DNA from: Candidatus Nezhaarchaeales archaeon
GTDB lineage: Archaea > Thermoproteota > Methanomethylicia > Nezhaarchaeales > WYZ-LMO8
Direction of reading: 5' to 3'
DNA length: 64,000 nucleotides
Assembly: GCA_038887515.1 (NCBI GenBank)
Contig: JAWAKK010000002.1
Location: 1 to 64,000, forward strand
Shown here piece by piece: positions 10,441 through 21,054 of the stretch; position 1 is the stretch's first letter, and each line of letters begins with the position of its first letter. A program made the position numbers and the translations under genes. The notes beneath the pieces are model-generated. The model worked only from the letters and a program-made list of their open reading frames with translations. It was not told where the DNA came from and ran no database searches.

Positions 10441-11238
10441 ATGGAACTGGAAGTGTTGGAGAAAAAGGAAAATGAGCTACGCTTCGTAATTAAGGGGGTT
10501 AGCGCAGCCTTCGTGAACTCTTTGAGGAGGACCGCGATAGCTGAAGTCCCCACAATGGCTATAGAGGATGTGGTCATCTTGACGAACTCCTCCGTTCTAT
10601 TCGACGAAATTATAGCTCATAGGTTAGGCTTAATCCCTCTAACGACGCCGAAGGAGGGATACGTTATGCCTAAAGAGTGCGAGTGTCGAGGATCCGGTTG
10701 CCCCAAGTGTCAAGTTAGGTTGTACTTGGACGTTAAGGCGGAGTACCCGATGGTGGTTTACGCCGAAAACATACTTTCTGACGACCCGAACGTAAGGCCA
10801 GTATATGGTAATATCCCAATAGTTAAACTCGAGACGGGGCAGTCGCTAGTTCTCGAGGCCTACGCTCAACTAGGACTGGGTAGAGACCATGCAAAGTGGC
10901 AACCAGTCTCGGCTTGCGCTTACAAGTATTATCCGAAGATAAGAATTAAGCAAGATGCTTGTGATGGGTGTGGAAAGTGCGTGGACGCTTGCGCTAAGTC
11001 TGTGTTAAAGTTGAGCAATAAGGTGGAAGTAGCCAACCTTTTGTTGTGCACGATTTGCGGTGACTGTATGAATGCGTGCCCGAAGGAGGCAATAGAAGTT
11101 GATAAAGCTGATGATACCTTCATATTCTACTTGGAGTCTACGGGTTCCATGCCCCCCGAAGACGTAGTCATTAAAGCCGCCCATGTGCTCATCGATAAAG
11201 CTAAAAACTTCGTAAAGGCTTTGGAGGAGGTAGCATGA
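10441..11238 (+). CDS. rpoD: RNA polymerase subunit D (Rpo3) with ferredoxin-like domain
   Basis: NSLRR, AHRLGLIP, HAKWQP, two CxxCxxCxxxC motifs. Confidence 0.96.
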   Translation: MELEVLEKKENELRFVIKGVSAAFVNSLRRTAIAEVPTMAIEDVVILTNSSVLFDEIIAHRLGLIPLTTPKEGYVMPKECECRGSGCPKCQVRLYLDVKAEYPMVVYAENILSDDPNVRPVYGNIPIVKLETGQSLVLEAYAQLGLGRDHAKWQPVSACAYKYYPKIRIKQDACDGCGKCVDACAKSVLKLSNKVEVANLLLCTICGDCMNACPKEAIEVDKADDTFIFYLESTGSMPPEDVVIKAAHVLIDKAKNFVKALEEVA

Positions 11239-11597
11239 GAGAGATTAGGGCAACTAACCCCATGATTAAGAGAGTTGTGATAGCGCTTAGGAGAGCTTAC
11301 AAACAATACCATGCTAGATTATGGAGAGATCTTATTGAGAGGATTAACAGATCAAGGAGAGGCAGGATCGTAGTGAATGTAAGTAGGATCAATAGGTACA
11401 CTAGGGCCAACGATGTGATAGTCGTTCCAGGTAAGGTCTTAGGGGCTGGAGAGATAAATCACCCGGTAACAGTAGCTGCACTGTGGTTCTCCAAGACAGC
11501 TAAAGAGAAGATAGAGAAAGCGGGTGGAAGAACTCTGACAATAGAGCAATTGATGGTTGAGAAGCCGGCAGGTAGCGGAATTAAAATAGTAGGGTGA
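11235..11597 (+). CDS. rpl18e: 50S ribosomal protein L18e
   Basis: VNVSRINRY, VVPGKVLG, FSKTAKEKI. Confidence 0.95.
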   Translation: MREIRATNPMIKRVVIALRRAYKQYHARLWRDLIERINRSRRGRIVVNVSRINRYTRANDVIVVPGKVLGAGEINHPVTVAALWFSKTAKEKIEKAGGRTLTIEQLMVEKPAGSGIKIVG

Positions 11598-11604
11598 CAA
11601 TAAG

Positions 11605-12045
11605 TTGAGCCAACAAGTTGTAGTCGTTGATGCCGAAGGACAGATATTAGGAAGAATGGCTAGCCTAGTTGCCAAAATGCTTTTAATGGGTCAAAAAGTG
11701 ATCATCGTAAATGCTGAGAAAGCTGTGATCTCGGGCAATAAGCGGTCGGTAATTGAAGAGTACCGAGAAAATGTTTTATCTAAGAGGACCTGGAAGATGC
11801 CGGAGAAGGGACCTAAGAAGTATAGGAGGCCTGACATAATAGTAAAGAGAGTTATAAGAGGCATGCTTCCATATAAACAGTGGAAGGGGAGAGTAGCCTT
11901 CAAGAATTTAAAGGTCTATATGGGCGTACCTGAGGAATATGTAGAGGCGCCTAAAATCAAGTTCCCTCAAGCCTCTGCTTCCCGTCTTGCCAGAAAATAT
12001 GTGACTGTTGGCGAATTAGCAAAGGAGGTCGGATGGAATCCATGA
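11605..12045 (+). CDS. rpl13: 50S ribosomal protein L13
   Basis: [28 protein letters not shown]. Confidence 0.96.
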   Translation: MSQQVVVVDAEGQILGRMASLVAKMLLMGQKVIIVNAEKAVISGNKRSVIEEYRENVLSKRTWKMPEKGPKKYRRPDIIVKRVIRGMLPYKQWKGRVAFKNLKVYMGVPEEYVEAPKIKFPQASASRLARKYVTVGELAKEVGWNP

Positions 12046-12455
12046 ATACAGCAACTAGAGTAGTATTGGCAACGGGAAGGAGAAAGACTGCGATAGCAAA
12101 AGCTGTCATAAGGCCAGGTAAAGGGAGGGTCTTCATCAATGGTAGACCCCTTGAAATATTAGAACCGGAAGTAGCTCGCTGGAAAATTATGGAACCACTT
12201 CTCCTCGTGGGAGACATAAGGAATGCCGTGGACATAGATGTAAGCGTTAAAGGTGGAGGATTTATGGGTCAAGCTGTTGCCTCAAGAATAGCTATAGCTA
12301 GAGCAATAGTAGAGTTCTTTAAAGATCGGCCGGAAGTCAAGCAGATACTTCTCAGCTATGATCGACACATGCTCGTAGGAGATCCCAGAGAGACCGAACC
12401 TAAGAAGCCTCGTGGCAGGTCGGCCAGAGCTAAGAGACAGAAGAGCTATAGATAG
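12042..12455 (+). CDS. rps9: 30S ribosomal protein S9
   Basis: [25 protein letters not shown]; ATGA overlap at 12042 (alternative start 12033). Confidence 0.96.
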   Translation: MNTATRVVLATGRRKTAIAKAVIRPGKGRVFINGRPLEILEPEVARWKIMEPLLLVGDIRNAVDIDVSVKGGGFMGQAVASRIAIARAIVEFFKDRPEVKQILLSYDRHMLVGDPRETEPKKPRGRSARAKRQKSYR

Positions 12456-12471
12456 TCGGGGGCGGTACCTT

Positions 12472-12678
12472 GTGGTAATAATACCGGTAAGGTGTTTCAC
12501 TTGCGGTAAGCCCATAGGTCACCTTTACGAGGAATTTAAAAAGCGCATTGATATGGGAGAGGATCCTAAGAAGGTGCTGGACGAATTGAACGTTAAGAGG
12601 TATTGTTGTAGGCGCATGTTAATCGGCCACGTTGAGATAGTGGAGGAGCTCCTAAAGTTCAAGAGGATATCAGCTTGA
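12472..12678 (+). CDS. rpoN: RNA polymerase subunit N (Rpo10)
   Basis: [18 protein letters not shown]; GTG at 12472 preferred over 12412. Confidence 0.95.
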   Translation: MVIIPVRCFTCGKPIGHLYEEFKKRIDMGEDPKKVLDELNVKRYCCRRMLIGHVEIVEELLKFKRISA

Positions 12679-12691
12679 CGTAGGAGGTTTA

Positions 12692-13960
12692 TTGTTGGTA
12701 GAGACAATTATTGAAAACGTCTACGCTAGGAAGGTATACGATAGCCGTGGGAATCCTACAATAGAAGTAGAAGTCGTTACAACTGATGGGTTTGGCAGGG
12801 CGTCTATCCCCTCGGGCGCAAGCACTGGAACTACGGAAGTAGTATCGTTTCCACGAGGGGTAGACGAAGCCGTAAACTTCGTAAACGATATTTTAGCTCA
12901 AAGGATAATAGGAATGGATGCCGTAGATCAAGTAGCTATCGACAGTTTGCTTCATGAAATTGATGGAACCGATAACTTCTCAAACATAGGGGGGGCCGTA
13001 GCCCTCGCAGTATCCATAGCTGTAGCGAAAGCTGCGGCATCGTCCTTTGGGCTACCTCTCTTCCAATACATAGGAGGCGTTTTTGCAACTGAGATTCCAT
13101 ACCCGCTCGGTAACGTAATAGGTGGAGGAAAACACGCTGGAGATAGGGCTCCAAACATACAAGAACTGCTTCTAATTCCCGTAGGCGCTAGGAGTTACCG
13201 CGAAGCATTGGAGGTATGCGTTAAGGTTCACAGAGAGGTGATAAAGTACCTCAGGAACGCCGACAAGTACTTTGCGGGAGGTAGAGGCGATGAAGGTGCA
13301 TGGGCTGCCAACATCTCTGATGAAGATGCACTTCAAGTATTAAGTGATGCAAGCTGCAAGGTCGCCGACGAGGTAGGATGCAAAATAGTTTTAGGTGTAG
13401 ACGTCGCCGCATCAAGTATGTGGATTCCTGAGAGAAAAGCATACTTCCTTAGAAGGGAAGGAAAAGTTAGGGACCGAGAGGAACAAATAAACTACGTAAT
13501 TGAATTAGTTGAGAAGTACGATTTAAGATATGTAGAGGACCCCGTACACGAAGAGGATTTTGAAGGATTTAGTATGCTTGTAAAGTCTCTGGGCCATAGA
13601 GCTCTCATATGTGGCGACGACCTCTTCACAACTAATGTTGTTAGAATAAAGCGAGGGCTGGAACTTAAGGCAGCCAATGCCATCATAATAAAGCCGAATC
13701 AGGTTGGGACGCTGACGGACACCTACAAGGCCCTTAGGACCGCGAGGGCTGGAGGGCTGACGCCTATTGTGTCTCATAGGTCCGGAGAGACCGAAGACAC
13801 CTTTATAAGTCATCTAGCTGTGGGGCTTAAGTGCCCAATAATTAAGGCGGGGATTCTAGGAGGAGAAAGGATAGCTAAGCATAACGAACTCATTAGAATT
13901 GAAGAGATATTAGAAAACGTTAAAAGTATGGCAGAGCCTCCTCCACAGCTAGCTCGTTGA
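12692..13960 (+). CDS. eno: Enolase
   Basis: [41 protein letters not shown]. Confidence 0.96.
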   Translation: MLVETIIENVYARKVYDSRGNPTIEVEVVTTDGFGRASIPSGASTGTTEVVSFPRGVDEAVNFVNDILAQRIIGMDAVDQVAIDSLLHEIDGTDNFSNIGGAVALAVSIAVAKAAASSFGLPLFQYIGGVFATEIPYPLGNVIGGGKHAGDRAPNIQELLLIPVGARSYREALEVCVKVHREVIKYLRNADKYFAGGRGDEGAWAANISDEDALQVLSDASCKVADEVGCKIVLGVDVAASSMWIPERKAYFLRREGKVRDREEQINYVIELVEKYDLRYVEDPVHEEDFEGFSMLVKSLGHRALICGDDLFTTNVVRIKRGLELKAANAIIIKPNQVGTLTDTYKALRTARAGGLTPIVSHRSGETEDTFISHLAVGLKCPIIKAGILGGERIAKHNELIRIEEILENVKSMAEPPPQLAR

Positions 13961-13961
13961 G

Positions 13962-14606
13962 GTGGTAGGTGTGGCTGTACAACAAAAAGAGATGCTGATA
14001 TCGCGGGAAGAGTACTTGAAGGCGGGAGTACACCTGGGTACGCACATAAAGACCATCGCTGTAAGGCCGTTTATATACAAGATTAGGCCTGACGGCCTAT
14101 GCGTCATAGACTTAAGTAAAACCGATGAGAGGATTAGAATAGCGGCAAAAATGATAGCGAGGTATGACCCCACAAAAGTTGTGGTGGTCTCCTCGAGACA
14201 GTACGGATTCAGGTGCATTGAAAAGTTTGCAAACCTCACAGGGTCCATTGCCATTCCTGGCCGCTTTGTTCCAGGGACGTTTACGAACCCTAAACTTCCA
14301 TTCTACATGGAGCCAGAGCTACTAATAGTCACTGACACTAGGGCGGATGAGCAGGCAATAAACGAAGCGGCGAAGATAGGTATACCGGTAATAGCACTTT
14401 GCGATACAGACAACGACGCCGCTTTCGTAGACCTGATAATTCCAGTTAATAATAAGGGCAGGAAGTCATTGGCGTTGGTCTACTGGCTCTTGACGCGCCA
14501 AGTACTTAGAGAAAGAGGAGTTATTCCACCCGACGGCGATTTACCGGTACCAGTTTCAGACTTCGAGCCTAAATTGCCGGTTGAAGAACAAGCCGAGGAA
14601 AGTTAA
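13962..14606 (+). CDS. rps2: 30S ribosomal protein S2
   Basis: [28 protein letters not shown]. Confidence 0.96.
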   Translation: MVGVAVQQKEMLISREEYLKAGVHLGTHIKTIAVRPFIYKIRPDGLCVIDLSKTDERIRIAAKMIARYDPTKVVVVSSRQYGFRCIEKFANLTGSIAIPGRFVPGTFTNPKLPFYMEPELLIVTDTRADEQAINEAAKIGIPVIALCDTDNDAAFVDLIIPVNNKGRKSLALVYWLLTRQVLRERGVIPPDGDLPVPVSDFEPKLPVEEQAEES

Positions 14607-14644
14607 AGAGCGGTATATTAGAGTATCCTTTTAGGGGCTAAAAG

Positions 14645-15496
14645 TTGAAGAAAGTTAGATTGCCGGCGGTAGCTGGCCTGTTCTACGAGAGAGACGCGGA
14701 GGCGCTTAAAAGGAGGATAGATTGGTGCTTTGAACATCAACTCGGTCCAAGATTCATCCCCTCAGCCAACGAAAAAGGTGAAAGAAAGATAATTGGACTT
14801 GTAAGCCCTCACGCTGGCTACATGTACTCGGGGCCCATAGCTGCACACTCTTATGCTGAGCTCGCAAAAGACGGCATACCCGACGTGGTTGTAATATTGG
14901 GCCCAAACCACACAAGAATGGGCTCAGGAGTCTCCATAATTGATAGTGGATTTTGGAGGACGCCCTTAGGTACAGTTGAAGTCGATAGCGAAGTGGCAAG
15001 GAGGATAGCGAAAAACAGCGAGTTAATAGCTGTAGATGAGCTCGCTCACGAACAAGAGCATTCTATAGAAGTTCAACTGCCTTTCCTACAGTATATTTAC
15101 GGCAATAATTTTACATTCGTGCCCATATGCATGATGCTCCAGATGAGGGATGTGTGCATTGACGTCGGCAACGCCATCGCAAAGGCCATTGAAGGCAAGA
15201 ACGCAGTGATTATAGCATCAACGGACTTCACGCACTACGAACCCTACGACAAGGCGCATAGCAAAGACGGTAAAGTTTTAAAGGCCATAGAAGCACTGAA
15301 CCCGGATTTAATGCTCAACCTTGTGGACTCTCTACCGGTTTCAATGTGCGGTCCGGGTCCTGTCGCCTCTATGCTCTACGCGGCCAAGCGGTTGGGGGCT
15401 AGTAAAGCTACAGTCTTAAAGTACGCGACTTCAGGTGACGTTACGGGAGAGAAGTTTTCGGTCGTTGGATATGGTTCTGTGAAGATTGAAAAGTGA
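14645..15496 (+). CDS. MEMO1/AmmeMemoRadiSam protein B family
   Basis: PAVAGLFY, PHAGYMYSG, GPNH, EHSIEVQLPFLQ, STDFTHY, MCG. Confidence 0.92.
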   Translation: MKKVRLPAVAGLFYERDAEALKRRIDWCFEHQLGPRFIPSANEKGERKIIGLVSPHAGYMYSGPIAAHSYAELAKDGIPDVVVILGPNHTRMGSGVSIIDSGFWRTPLGTVEVDSEVARRIAKNSELIAVDELAHEQEHSIEVQLPFLQYIYGNNFTFVPICMMLQMRDVCIDVGNAIAKAIEGKNAVIIASTDFTHYEPYDKAHSKDGKVLKAIEALNPDLMLNLVDSLPVSMCGPGPVASMLYAAKRLGASKATVLKYATSGDVTGEKFSVVGYGSVKIEK

Positions 15497-16332
15497 CCGT
15501 GATGTCTAGGAGCTACTTCGTTAAGGTTCCGATATGCATTATTGGTCAGTCTCTAGCTCAATATAACTATCCCGTACTATGTTACCAATCTGATGATGTC
15601 GGATTCTCGTTAACACTTGAACCTGGCAGCGGAGGACTAGAGGTCAAATGGTTAAGCCCTATAGCTGCATACATTAAAAGAAAGCTTTCCATACTTCTAC
15701 CTCGCTTAGAAGCGTTGAAGGTGGACGTAAAGATGGAGTTCTCTAGGACTCTACCGTTAATAGACTCAATAATAGTGGCGCTTAGAACAATATATGGAGA
15801 AGTTGGATTAAAGGAGGTTTCCCTTTACTCGCTTTCAAAAAGGTTGGCAGTACCCAAGTGGAGGATGAGGATCACTCTTGAAGCCATGAGGGGTGAGGGG
15901 TTGATGGCTTACCGTGAAGGTGAGGGGTTGATGGAGTTGCAAGATCGTTTCCCTTGGGCCATCGGTCTGTGCATAAAGATCCCGTCTAGGTTTAAGTTCT
16001 CTAAGGCGAACGGATTCGAAGATTCCCTTGAAGCAGCAATACACTCTCTAGGTAGGTTGATCATCTCAGTAGCACGTTCAATACTTAACAGTGATTTTAA
16101 GTTGTTCCGCAACGCTCTTCAAAGGTACACTAAGTTAAGCATAGCATTATCGAATTTACCGCTTACAACCCTTAAAGCATATGAAGTGCTTTCTAGAGAT
16201 GGAGAAGTTGCATGCAAAGTTGATGAGGACTTCAAGGGGTTTATGTTATTTAGCGAGAATGAGGAGGCAATGATGAAGTGCATGGAGAGGGCGAGGAAGA
16301 TGGGGTTTCAGGCCTTGGCTTTAAGGGGTTGA
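15493..16332 (+). CDS. Highly diverged GHMP-kinase-like protein at the usual mevalonate kinase position; catalytic loops missing
   Basis: Synteny (MEMO-x-ipk-fni), size, weak likeness to mevalonate kinase motif I; no PxGxGLGSSAA. Confidence 0.5.
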   Translation: MTVMSRSYFVKVPICIIGQSLAQYNYPVLCYQSDDVGFSLTLEPGSGGLEVKWLSPIAAYIKRKLSILLPRLEALKVDVKMEFSRTLPLIDSIIVALRTIYGEVGLKEVSLYSLSKRLAVPKWRMRITLEAMRGEGLMAYREGEGLMELQDRFPWAIGLCIKIPSRFKFSKANGFEDSLEAAIHSLGRLIISVARSILNSDFKLFRNALQRYTKLSIALSNLPLTTLKAYEVLSRDGEVACKVDEDFKGFMLFSENEEAMMKCMERARKMGFQALALRG

Positions 16333-16339
16333 CGACCGC

Positions 16340-17128
16340 ATGACCCTATCTATCGTAAAGTTTGGAGGGAGCGCGATTACCGTAAAGGACAGGCCCTTTA
16401 AGGTGAGGAGGCGGGCGTTAAAGAGTGTCTGCGCTCAAGTCCTTAGCCACTTCAATAAGGGCGGTAGAGTCGTAGTAGTTCACGGGGGAGGGTCTTTCGG
16501 CCACCCACTAGCTATAAAGTACGAGTTAAATAGAGGATTGACCAGCGAGGAGAGCTATGTAGGGGTTTCGCTCACCAGGTTAGCTATGAGAAAGCTCAAC
16601 GAGATAGTAGTTAGGGAGTTTATAAAGCTTGGGGGCAGACCCTACGCCATCGAGCCCTCGTCCTCGTTCTTGTTAAGGGAGGAGACGATGGATAGGTACT
16701 TTATCGAATGTGTAGAGGTGGCCCTTAGAAAGGGGTTCATTCCAATTTTGCATGGAGACGTAGTCCTCGACAAAGGTAAGAGGGGCGTGTCAATTTTGTC
16801 GGGCGATACCATAGCATCAATGTTAGCCCTGGAACTAAAAGCTGATAAATTAATTTACGTGCTCGACGTCGACGGAGTATACCTCGAAGATCCTAAGAAG
16901 AGCCCTAACGCTAGGCTCATAAATTTCTTGGATAAATCCTTGCTCGAAAAGGTAGAAGCTATCTCTGGGCTAGATGCTACAGGAGGGCTTGCGAGAAAGA
17001 TAAGGGAGGCGTTTAGGGCATTCGAAGGCGGCGTAGGGACCGTGTGCTTTGTAGGTTGGCGTGGAGGCAATCTGCTGAAGGCCCTTGAAGGGCTGAGGTT
17101 TAGAGGTACTTCGATAAAGGGGTGTTAA
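16340..17128 (+). CDS. ipk: Isopentenyl phosphate kinase
   Basis: KFGGSAITVK, VHGGGSFGH, HGDVV, SGD, DATGG. Confidence 0.92.
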   Translation: MTLSIVKFGGSAITVKDRPFKVRRRALKSVCAQVLSHFNKGGRVVVVHGGGSFGHPLAIKYELNRGLTSEESYVGVSLTRLAMRKLNEIVVREFIKLGGRPYAIEPSSSFLLREETMDRYFIECVEVALRKGFIPILHGDVVLDKGKRGVSILSGDTIASMLALELKADKLIYVLDVDGVYLEDPKKSPNARLINFLDKSLLEKVEAISGLDATGGLARKIREAFRAFEGGVGTVCFVGWRGGNLLKALEGLRFRGTSIKGC

Positions 17129-17129
17129 G

Positions 17130-18239
17130 TTGCTAGATGAAGTAAGTAACAGGAAGCTTGAGCATATAGAGATATGCGTGAAAGAAGATGTCGAGATGCA
17201 CCGTAACACGACGGGCTTCGAAGATGTATGGCTAGTTCATAGATGCCTCCCCGAAATCGACGTTAGTGACGTAAGGTTAGAGACGAAGTTCCTTGGACAC
17301 GAGCTAAAGGCTCCATTAATGGTTTCAGCCATGACGGGGGGCCACAGTAAAACTAAGGAAATAAATAGTACAATAGCCGAAGTGGTCGAGGAAATGGGCC
17401 TGGCAATGGCGGTTGGCAGCCAGAGAGCTGCCTTACTAAATGAAGGTCTCGCAGAAACCTTTACAGTAGTGCGCAAGAAGGCACCTACAGCGTACATAAT
17501 CGCGAATATAGGGGTTGTCCAGCTCACAGCTAACTTGGATATAAGTGACGTACGCAAGATAGTGGAAATGATAGAGGCAGATGCCCTTAACATACACTTA
17601 AATCCAGCACACGAATTCTCCCAGATGGAAGGAGACCTCAAGTTTAAGGGGGCTTTACAAGCCATTAAAAGGGTTGCGGAGAATATAGATGTACCAGTAA
17701 TAGTTAAAGAGACCGGATGCGGAATTTCACGAGAAGATGCCGTAAAGCTCGTAGAAGAAGCGAACGTGAAGGCCATAGACGTAGCTGGAGCGGGAGGTAC
17801 AAGTTGGTGTAAAGTCGAAGCGTTGAGAGCACGAAACCGTGGCAACCACTTTAAGGCACGGGTTGCTGAAGCCTTCACAGAGTGGGGAATACCTACAGTC
17901 ATAAGCTTAATAGAAGTCAGGAGCGGAGTAGACATCCCCATAATAGCATCGGGGGGCGTTAGAAGCGGGGTCGATTGCGCTAAGGCGATAGCGATAGGGG
18001 CAGACATAGCCGGTATGGCTCTACCAGTTTTGAGGGCTGCGAGTCAAGGTGTAACCGCGCTAAGAAACTTTCTTAACGTTGTGATTGAACAGCTTAAGGG
18101 CGCTATGTTCTTAACCGGGGCTCGAAACCTACACGACTTAAAGAGGGTAGACATAGTAATAACCGGCAGAGTTAAAGAGTGGCTTCAAATAAGGGGTGTA
18201 GACCTCGAGGATTACCTGAAGAGAAGGAGAGCACTATGA
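17130..18239 (+). CDS. fni: Type 2 isopentenyl-diphosphate delta-isomerase
   Basis: RKLEH, AMTGG, VGSQR, VKETGCG, AGAGGTSW, ASGGVR. Confidence 0.95.
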   Translation: MLDEVSNRKLEHIEICVKEDVEMHRNTTGFEDVWLVHRCLPEIDVSDVRLETKFLGHELKAPLMVSAMTGGHSKTKEINSTIAEVVEEMGLAMAVGSQRAALLNEGLAETFTVVRKKAPTAYIIANIGVVQLTANLDISDVRKIVEMIEADALNIHLNPAHEFSQMEGDLKFKGALQAIKRVAENIDVPVIVKETGCGISREDAVKLVEEANVKAIDVAGAGGTSWCKVEALRARNRGNHFKARVAEAFTEWGIPTVISLIEVRSGVDIPIIASGGVRSGVDCAKAIAIGADIAGMALPVLRAASQGVTALRNFLNVVIEQLKGAMFLTGARNLHDLKRVDIVITGRVKEWLQIRGVDLEDYLKRRRAL

Positions 18240-19981
18240 TCTTCCCCGACGACGTGGTACAGCTAGTGAGGAAGTGCGCCTTAATCAATGCATACGAACA
18301 TGGAGGAAAGGCAGCCCAAGGACCCGTCCTAGGCAAAGTAATTGCCGAGAGACCTTATCTAAGAGCCCAAGTCAAGGACTTAGCTAAGCTAGTCGAGGAG
18401 GTAATCAGCGAAGTAAATAGAATGAGCTTAGAAGAAATAAAGAGGGAAGTAGAAGAAAAGTATCTCGAAGCCGTCGTAAGGAAGAGGGAAGTAGAAGAAA
18501 AGGTGTTGCCCCCTCTACCTAACGTTGACAAGTACGAAAAAGTCGTGACCAGGTTCGCTCCAAACCCCGACGCCCCGCTTCACCTAGGTAGTTTAAGACC
18601 TTTAATTTTATCATACGAGTACGCGAGGATGTACAAGGGCAAGTTCATTCTGAGGTTCGACGATACAGATCCTAAAACCAAGAAGCCTATGCCGGAGGCT
18701 TATAAGTGGATCATAGATGACATGAAGTGGCTTGGAATAGAGGCGGACGAAATAGTGTACCAGTCCGATAGACTCGAGCTCTACTACGAAGTTTGCAAAG
18801 AGCTCCTGAGCAAAGGAGGAGCATACGTATGTACCTGTAGCCAAGAGGGCTTTAAGGTGTTGAGGGATTCTGGCAAGCCCTGCCCTTGCAGAGCACTTAG
18901 CCCTGAAGTGCATGTCGAGAGGTTTGAAGACATGATGTCTTCAAGGTACACGGAGAAGGGAGCCGTCGTCAGAATAAAGACGGATTTAAACCATCCAGAC
19001 TCCTCGGTGAGAGATTGGGTTGCCTTTAGAATAATAGACGTCGAAAGGAACCCGCATCCAAGGGTTGGAAGTAAGTACTCGGTGTGGCCTACGTACAACT
19101 TCGCCTGTGCGGTTGATGACCACATGCTTGAGGTAAGCCACATTTTAAGGGCTAAAGAGCATGTAACCAATACGATAAAGCAGAGGTACATCTTCGAACA
19201 CATGAATTGGCGTTTTCCCGAAACCATTCACTTCGGTAGACTGAAGCTTGCGAATATAATACTTAGTAAGTCTCAGATAAGCAAGGGGATTGCTAAAGGA
19301 GAGTTTCAGTGGTGGGATGACCCTCGCTTGGGCACAATAATGGCTGTCAGGAGGAGAGGTATATTACCGGAGACTCTAAGGGAGATAATCATTCACGTAG
19401 GTGTAAAGAGTTCTGAGGCTTCGCTAAGCTGGGAGAATATATACTCAGTAAACCGCAAGTACCTAGACCCCAAGGTTAACAGGTACTTCTGCGTACTGGA
19501 CGAAGTAAAGATGGTGGTTAAGGGCGTTGGCAAGGATTTTGTAGCGAAACCGCCGCTCCACCCGGATTTCCCCGAGAGGGGGCATAGAGTGATAAGGGTT
19601 AGGGCTATTGACGACAAGGTCGAGATTTACGTCTCCAAGAGGGACCTTAAACTAATAGAGAAGAGTCCGCTCGTGAGGCTTATGTCCTTATTCAATGTTC
19701 AAGTGAAAGAGGTGGGAGAGAAGGTCATATATGCCATCTATAAGGGAGAGAGCGTTGAAGAGGCTTCAAGATTTAAGGCACCAATTATACAATGGGTCCC
19801 GGTAGACGATAACGTATGCATTGAGATCGTTATGCCTGACGCCAGCATTGCTCGAGGATTAGCAGAAAGACACCTCGAAAAACTCGATGTAGGCTCTATA
19901 GTTCAATTAGTGCGAGTGGGATTTGTGAAGCTTGACGACAAAAGCGAGCGGAAGCTGAGGTTCTATTTTGCGCACGAATAA
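18236..19981 (+). CDS. gltX: Glutamate-tRNA ligase
   Basis: RFAPNP..LHLG, LRFDDTD, LSKS, WDDPRL; ATGA overlap with fni at 18236. Confidence 0.95.
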   Translation: MIFPDDVVQLVRKCALINAYEHGGKAAQGPVLGKVIAERPYLRAQVKDLAKLVEEVISEVNRMSLEEIKREVEEKYLEAVVRKREVEEKVLPPLPNVDKYEKVVTRFAPNPDAPLHLGSLRPLILSYEYARMYKGKFILRFDDTDPKTKKPMPEAYKWIIDDMKWLGIEADEIVYQSDRLELYYEVCKELLSKGGAYVCTCSQEGFKVLRDSGKPCPCRALSPEVHVERFEDMMSSRYTEKGAVVRIKTDLNHPDSSVRDWVAFRIIDVERNPHPRVGSKYSVWPTYNFACAVDDHMLEVSHILRAKEHVTNTIKQRYIFEHMNWRFPETIHFGRLKLANIILSKSQISKGIAKGEFQWWDDPRLGTIMAVRRRGILPETLREIIIHVGVKSSEASLSWENIYSVNRKYLDPKVNRYFCVLDEVKMVVKGVGKDFVAKPPLHPDFPERGHRVIRVRAIDDKVEIYVSKRDLKLIEKSPLVRLMSLFNVQVKEVGEKVIYAIYKGESVEEASRFKAPIIQWVPVDDNVCIEIVMPDASIARGLAERHLEKLDVGSIVQLVRVGFVKLDDKSERKLRFYFAHE

Positions 19982-20075
19982 GGTTGGAAGACGAAGTTAA
20001 AGTTTATAATACAGAGACTAGAAGTTAAGAGGTGCCTAACCCATGATTCGATGACAAGAGGGAGGTGAGGGATGC

Positions 20076-20528
20076 ATGTCTAAGCCGAGTTATGTTAGGT
20101 TTGAAGTGCCACCTGAACTGGCAGAAAAAGCCTATGAAGCGCTTAAAGTTGCTAGGGAGACGGGAAAGATAAAGAAGGGGACTAATGAGACCACAAAGGC
20201 CGTTGAAAGGGGCTTAGCGAAACTAGTCATTATAGCCGAAGACGTTGACCCCCCCGAGGTTGTAATGCACCTACCATTGCTTTGCGAAGAAAGAAAGATA
20301 CCTTATGTCTACGTGTCGAGCAAAGAGAAGTTAGGTCAAGCAGCTGGAATTGAAGTCAAGGCTGCGTCAGCGGCAATAATCGATCTAGGGCAGGCCAAGG
20401 ACCTAGTGGACGAGATAGTAACTAGAGTCAATGAAATAAAGGCTAAGGCCGGCTTGCCGACAACGCCTACAGTAACTGTAGAAGAGAGGGAGAAGCCAGC
20501 TAAGAGAGAGAAGAAGAGGGAGAAATAG
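20076..20528 (+). CDS. rpl7ae: 50S ribosomal protein L7Ae with C-terminal extension
   Basis: [33 protein letters not shown]. Confidence 0.97.
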   Translation: MSKPSYVRFEVPPELAEKAYEALKVARETGKIKKGTNETTKAVERGLAKLVIIAEDVDPPEVVMHLPLLCEERKIPYVYVSSKEKLGQAAGIEVKAASAAIIDLGQAKDLVDEIVTRVNEIKAKAGLPTTPTVTVEEREKPAKREKKREK

Positions 20529-20533
20529 TACGT

Positions 20534-20749
20534 TTAGCGCGGAGTAAGCTTCCTTGCTTCTCTTTCTGTTTCTCTAAGCATTAATATATCGCCAACCCTA
20601 ACAGGGCCTTTAACGTTTCTCGTAAGTATCCTACCTTTATCGGGGCCTTCAAGTATTCTACACCTAACTTGAATAACTTCTCCGGTAACCCCCGTTCTAC
20701 CAGTTATCTGTACAACTTCAGCCGGTGTAGCATCCATTGTAGAGCTCAT
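20534..20749 (-). CDS. rps28e: 30S ribosomal protein S28e (inverted relative to neighbours)
   Basis: [39 protein letters not shown]. Confidence 0.96.
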   Translation of the reverse strand: MSSTMDATPAEVVQITGRTGVTGEVIQVRCRILEGPDKGRILTRNVKGPVRVGDILMLRETEREARKLTPR

Positions 20750-20865
20750 GAGCCTACACCTAGTAGATACGCCTTATAGGGCAAGTAGATAAATCTCTCT
20801 CTTAAATTTGTAGGTGGTAAGGGTTATAAGAAAGCCATGAAGATTCCTTAGAGGCGGTGTTTAGA

Positions 20866-21054
20866 ATGCTTAGAGCTACCACGTGTACATTCTGCGGAAG
20901 GAACGTTCCGATCGGAAGCGGGCTCATGTACGTTAAGAACGACGGAACCATACTGTACTTCTGTTCTAGTAAGTGCAAGAAGAACATGCTAGAGCTTGGG
21001 AGAAACCCTGCTAAGCTTAAATGGTGCCGAAAGACTAGGAAGGTGTACAAGTAA
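20866..21054 (+). CDS. rpl24e: 50S ribosomal protein L24e
   Basis: [25 protein letters not shown]; start 20857 or 20866. Confidence 0.95.
   Translation: MLRATTCTFCGRNVPIGSGLMYVKNDGTILYFCSSKCKKNMLELGRNPAKLKWCRKTRKVYK

Noticed and set aside
17237-18007. Long antisense ORFs (also 9736-10308, 24610-25344, 32140-32742, 36925-37611)
   Set aside because: They shadow well-conserved genes on the opposite strand and show no motifs of their own
18440-18502. 21-nt direct repeat AAGAGGGAAGTAGAAGAAAAG, two copies
   Set aside because: In-frame coding duplication (KREVEEK) in a gltX linker; not CRISPR-like. No CRISPR array or cas gene was seen in the window.
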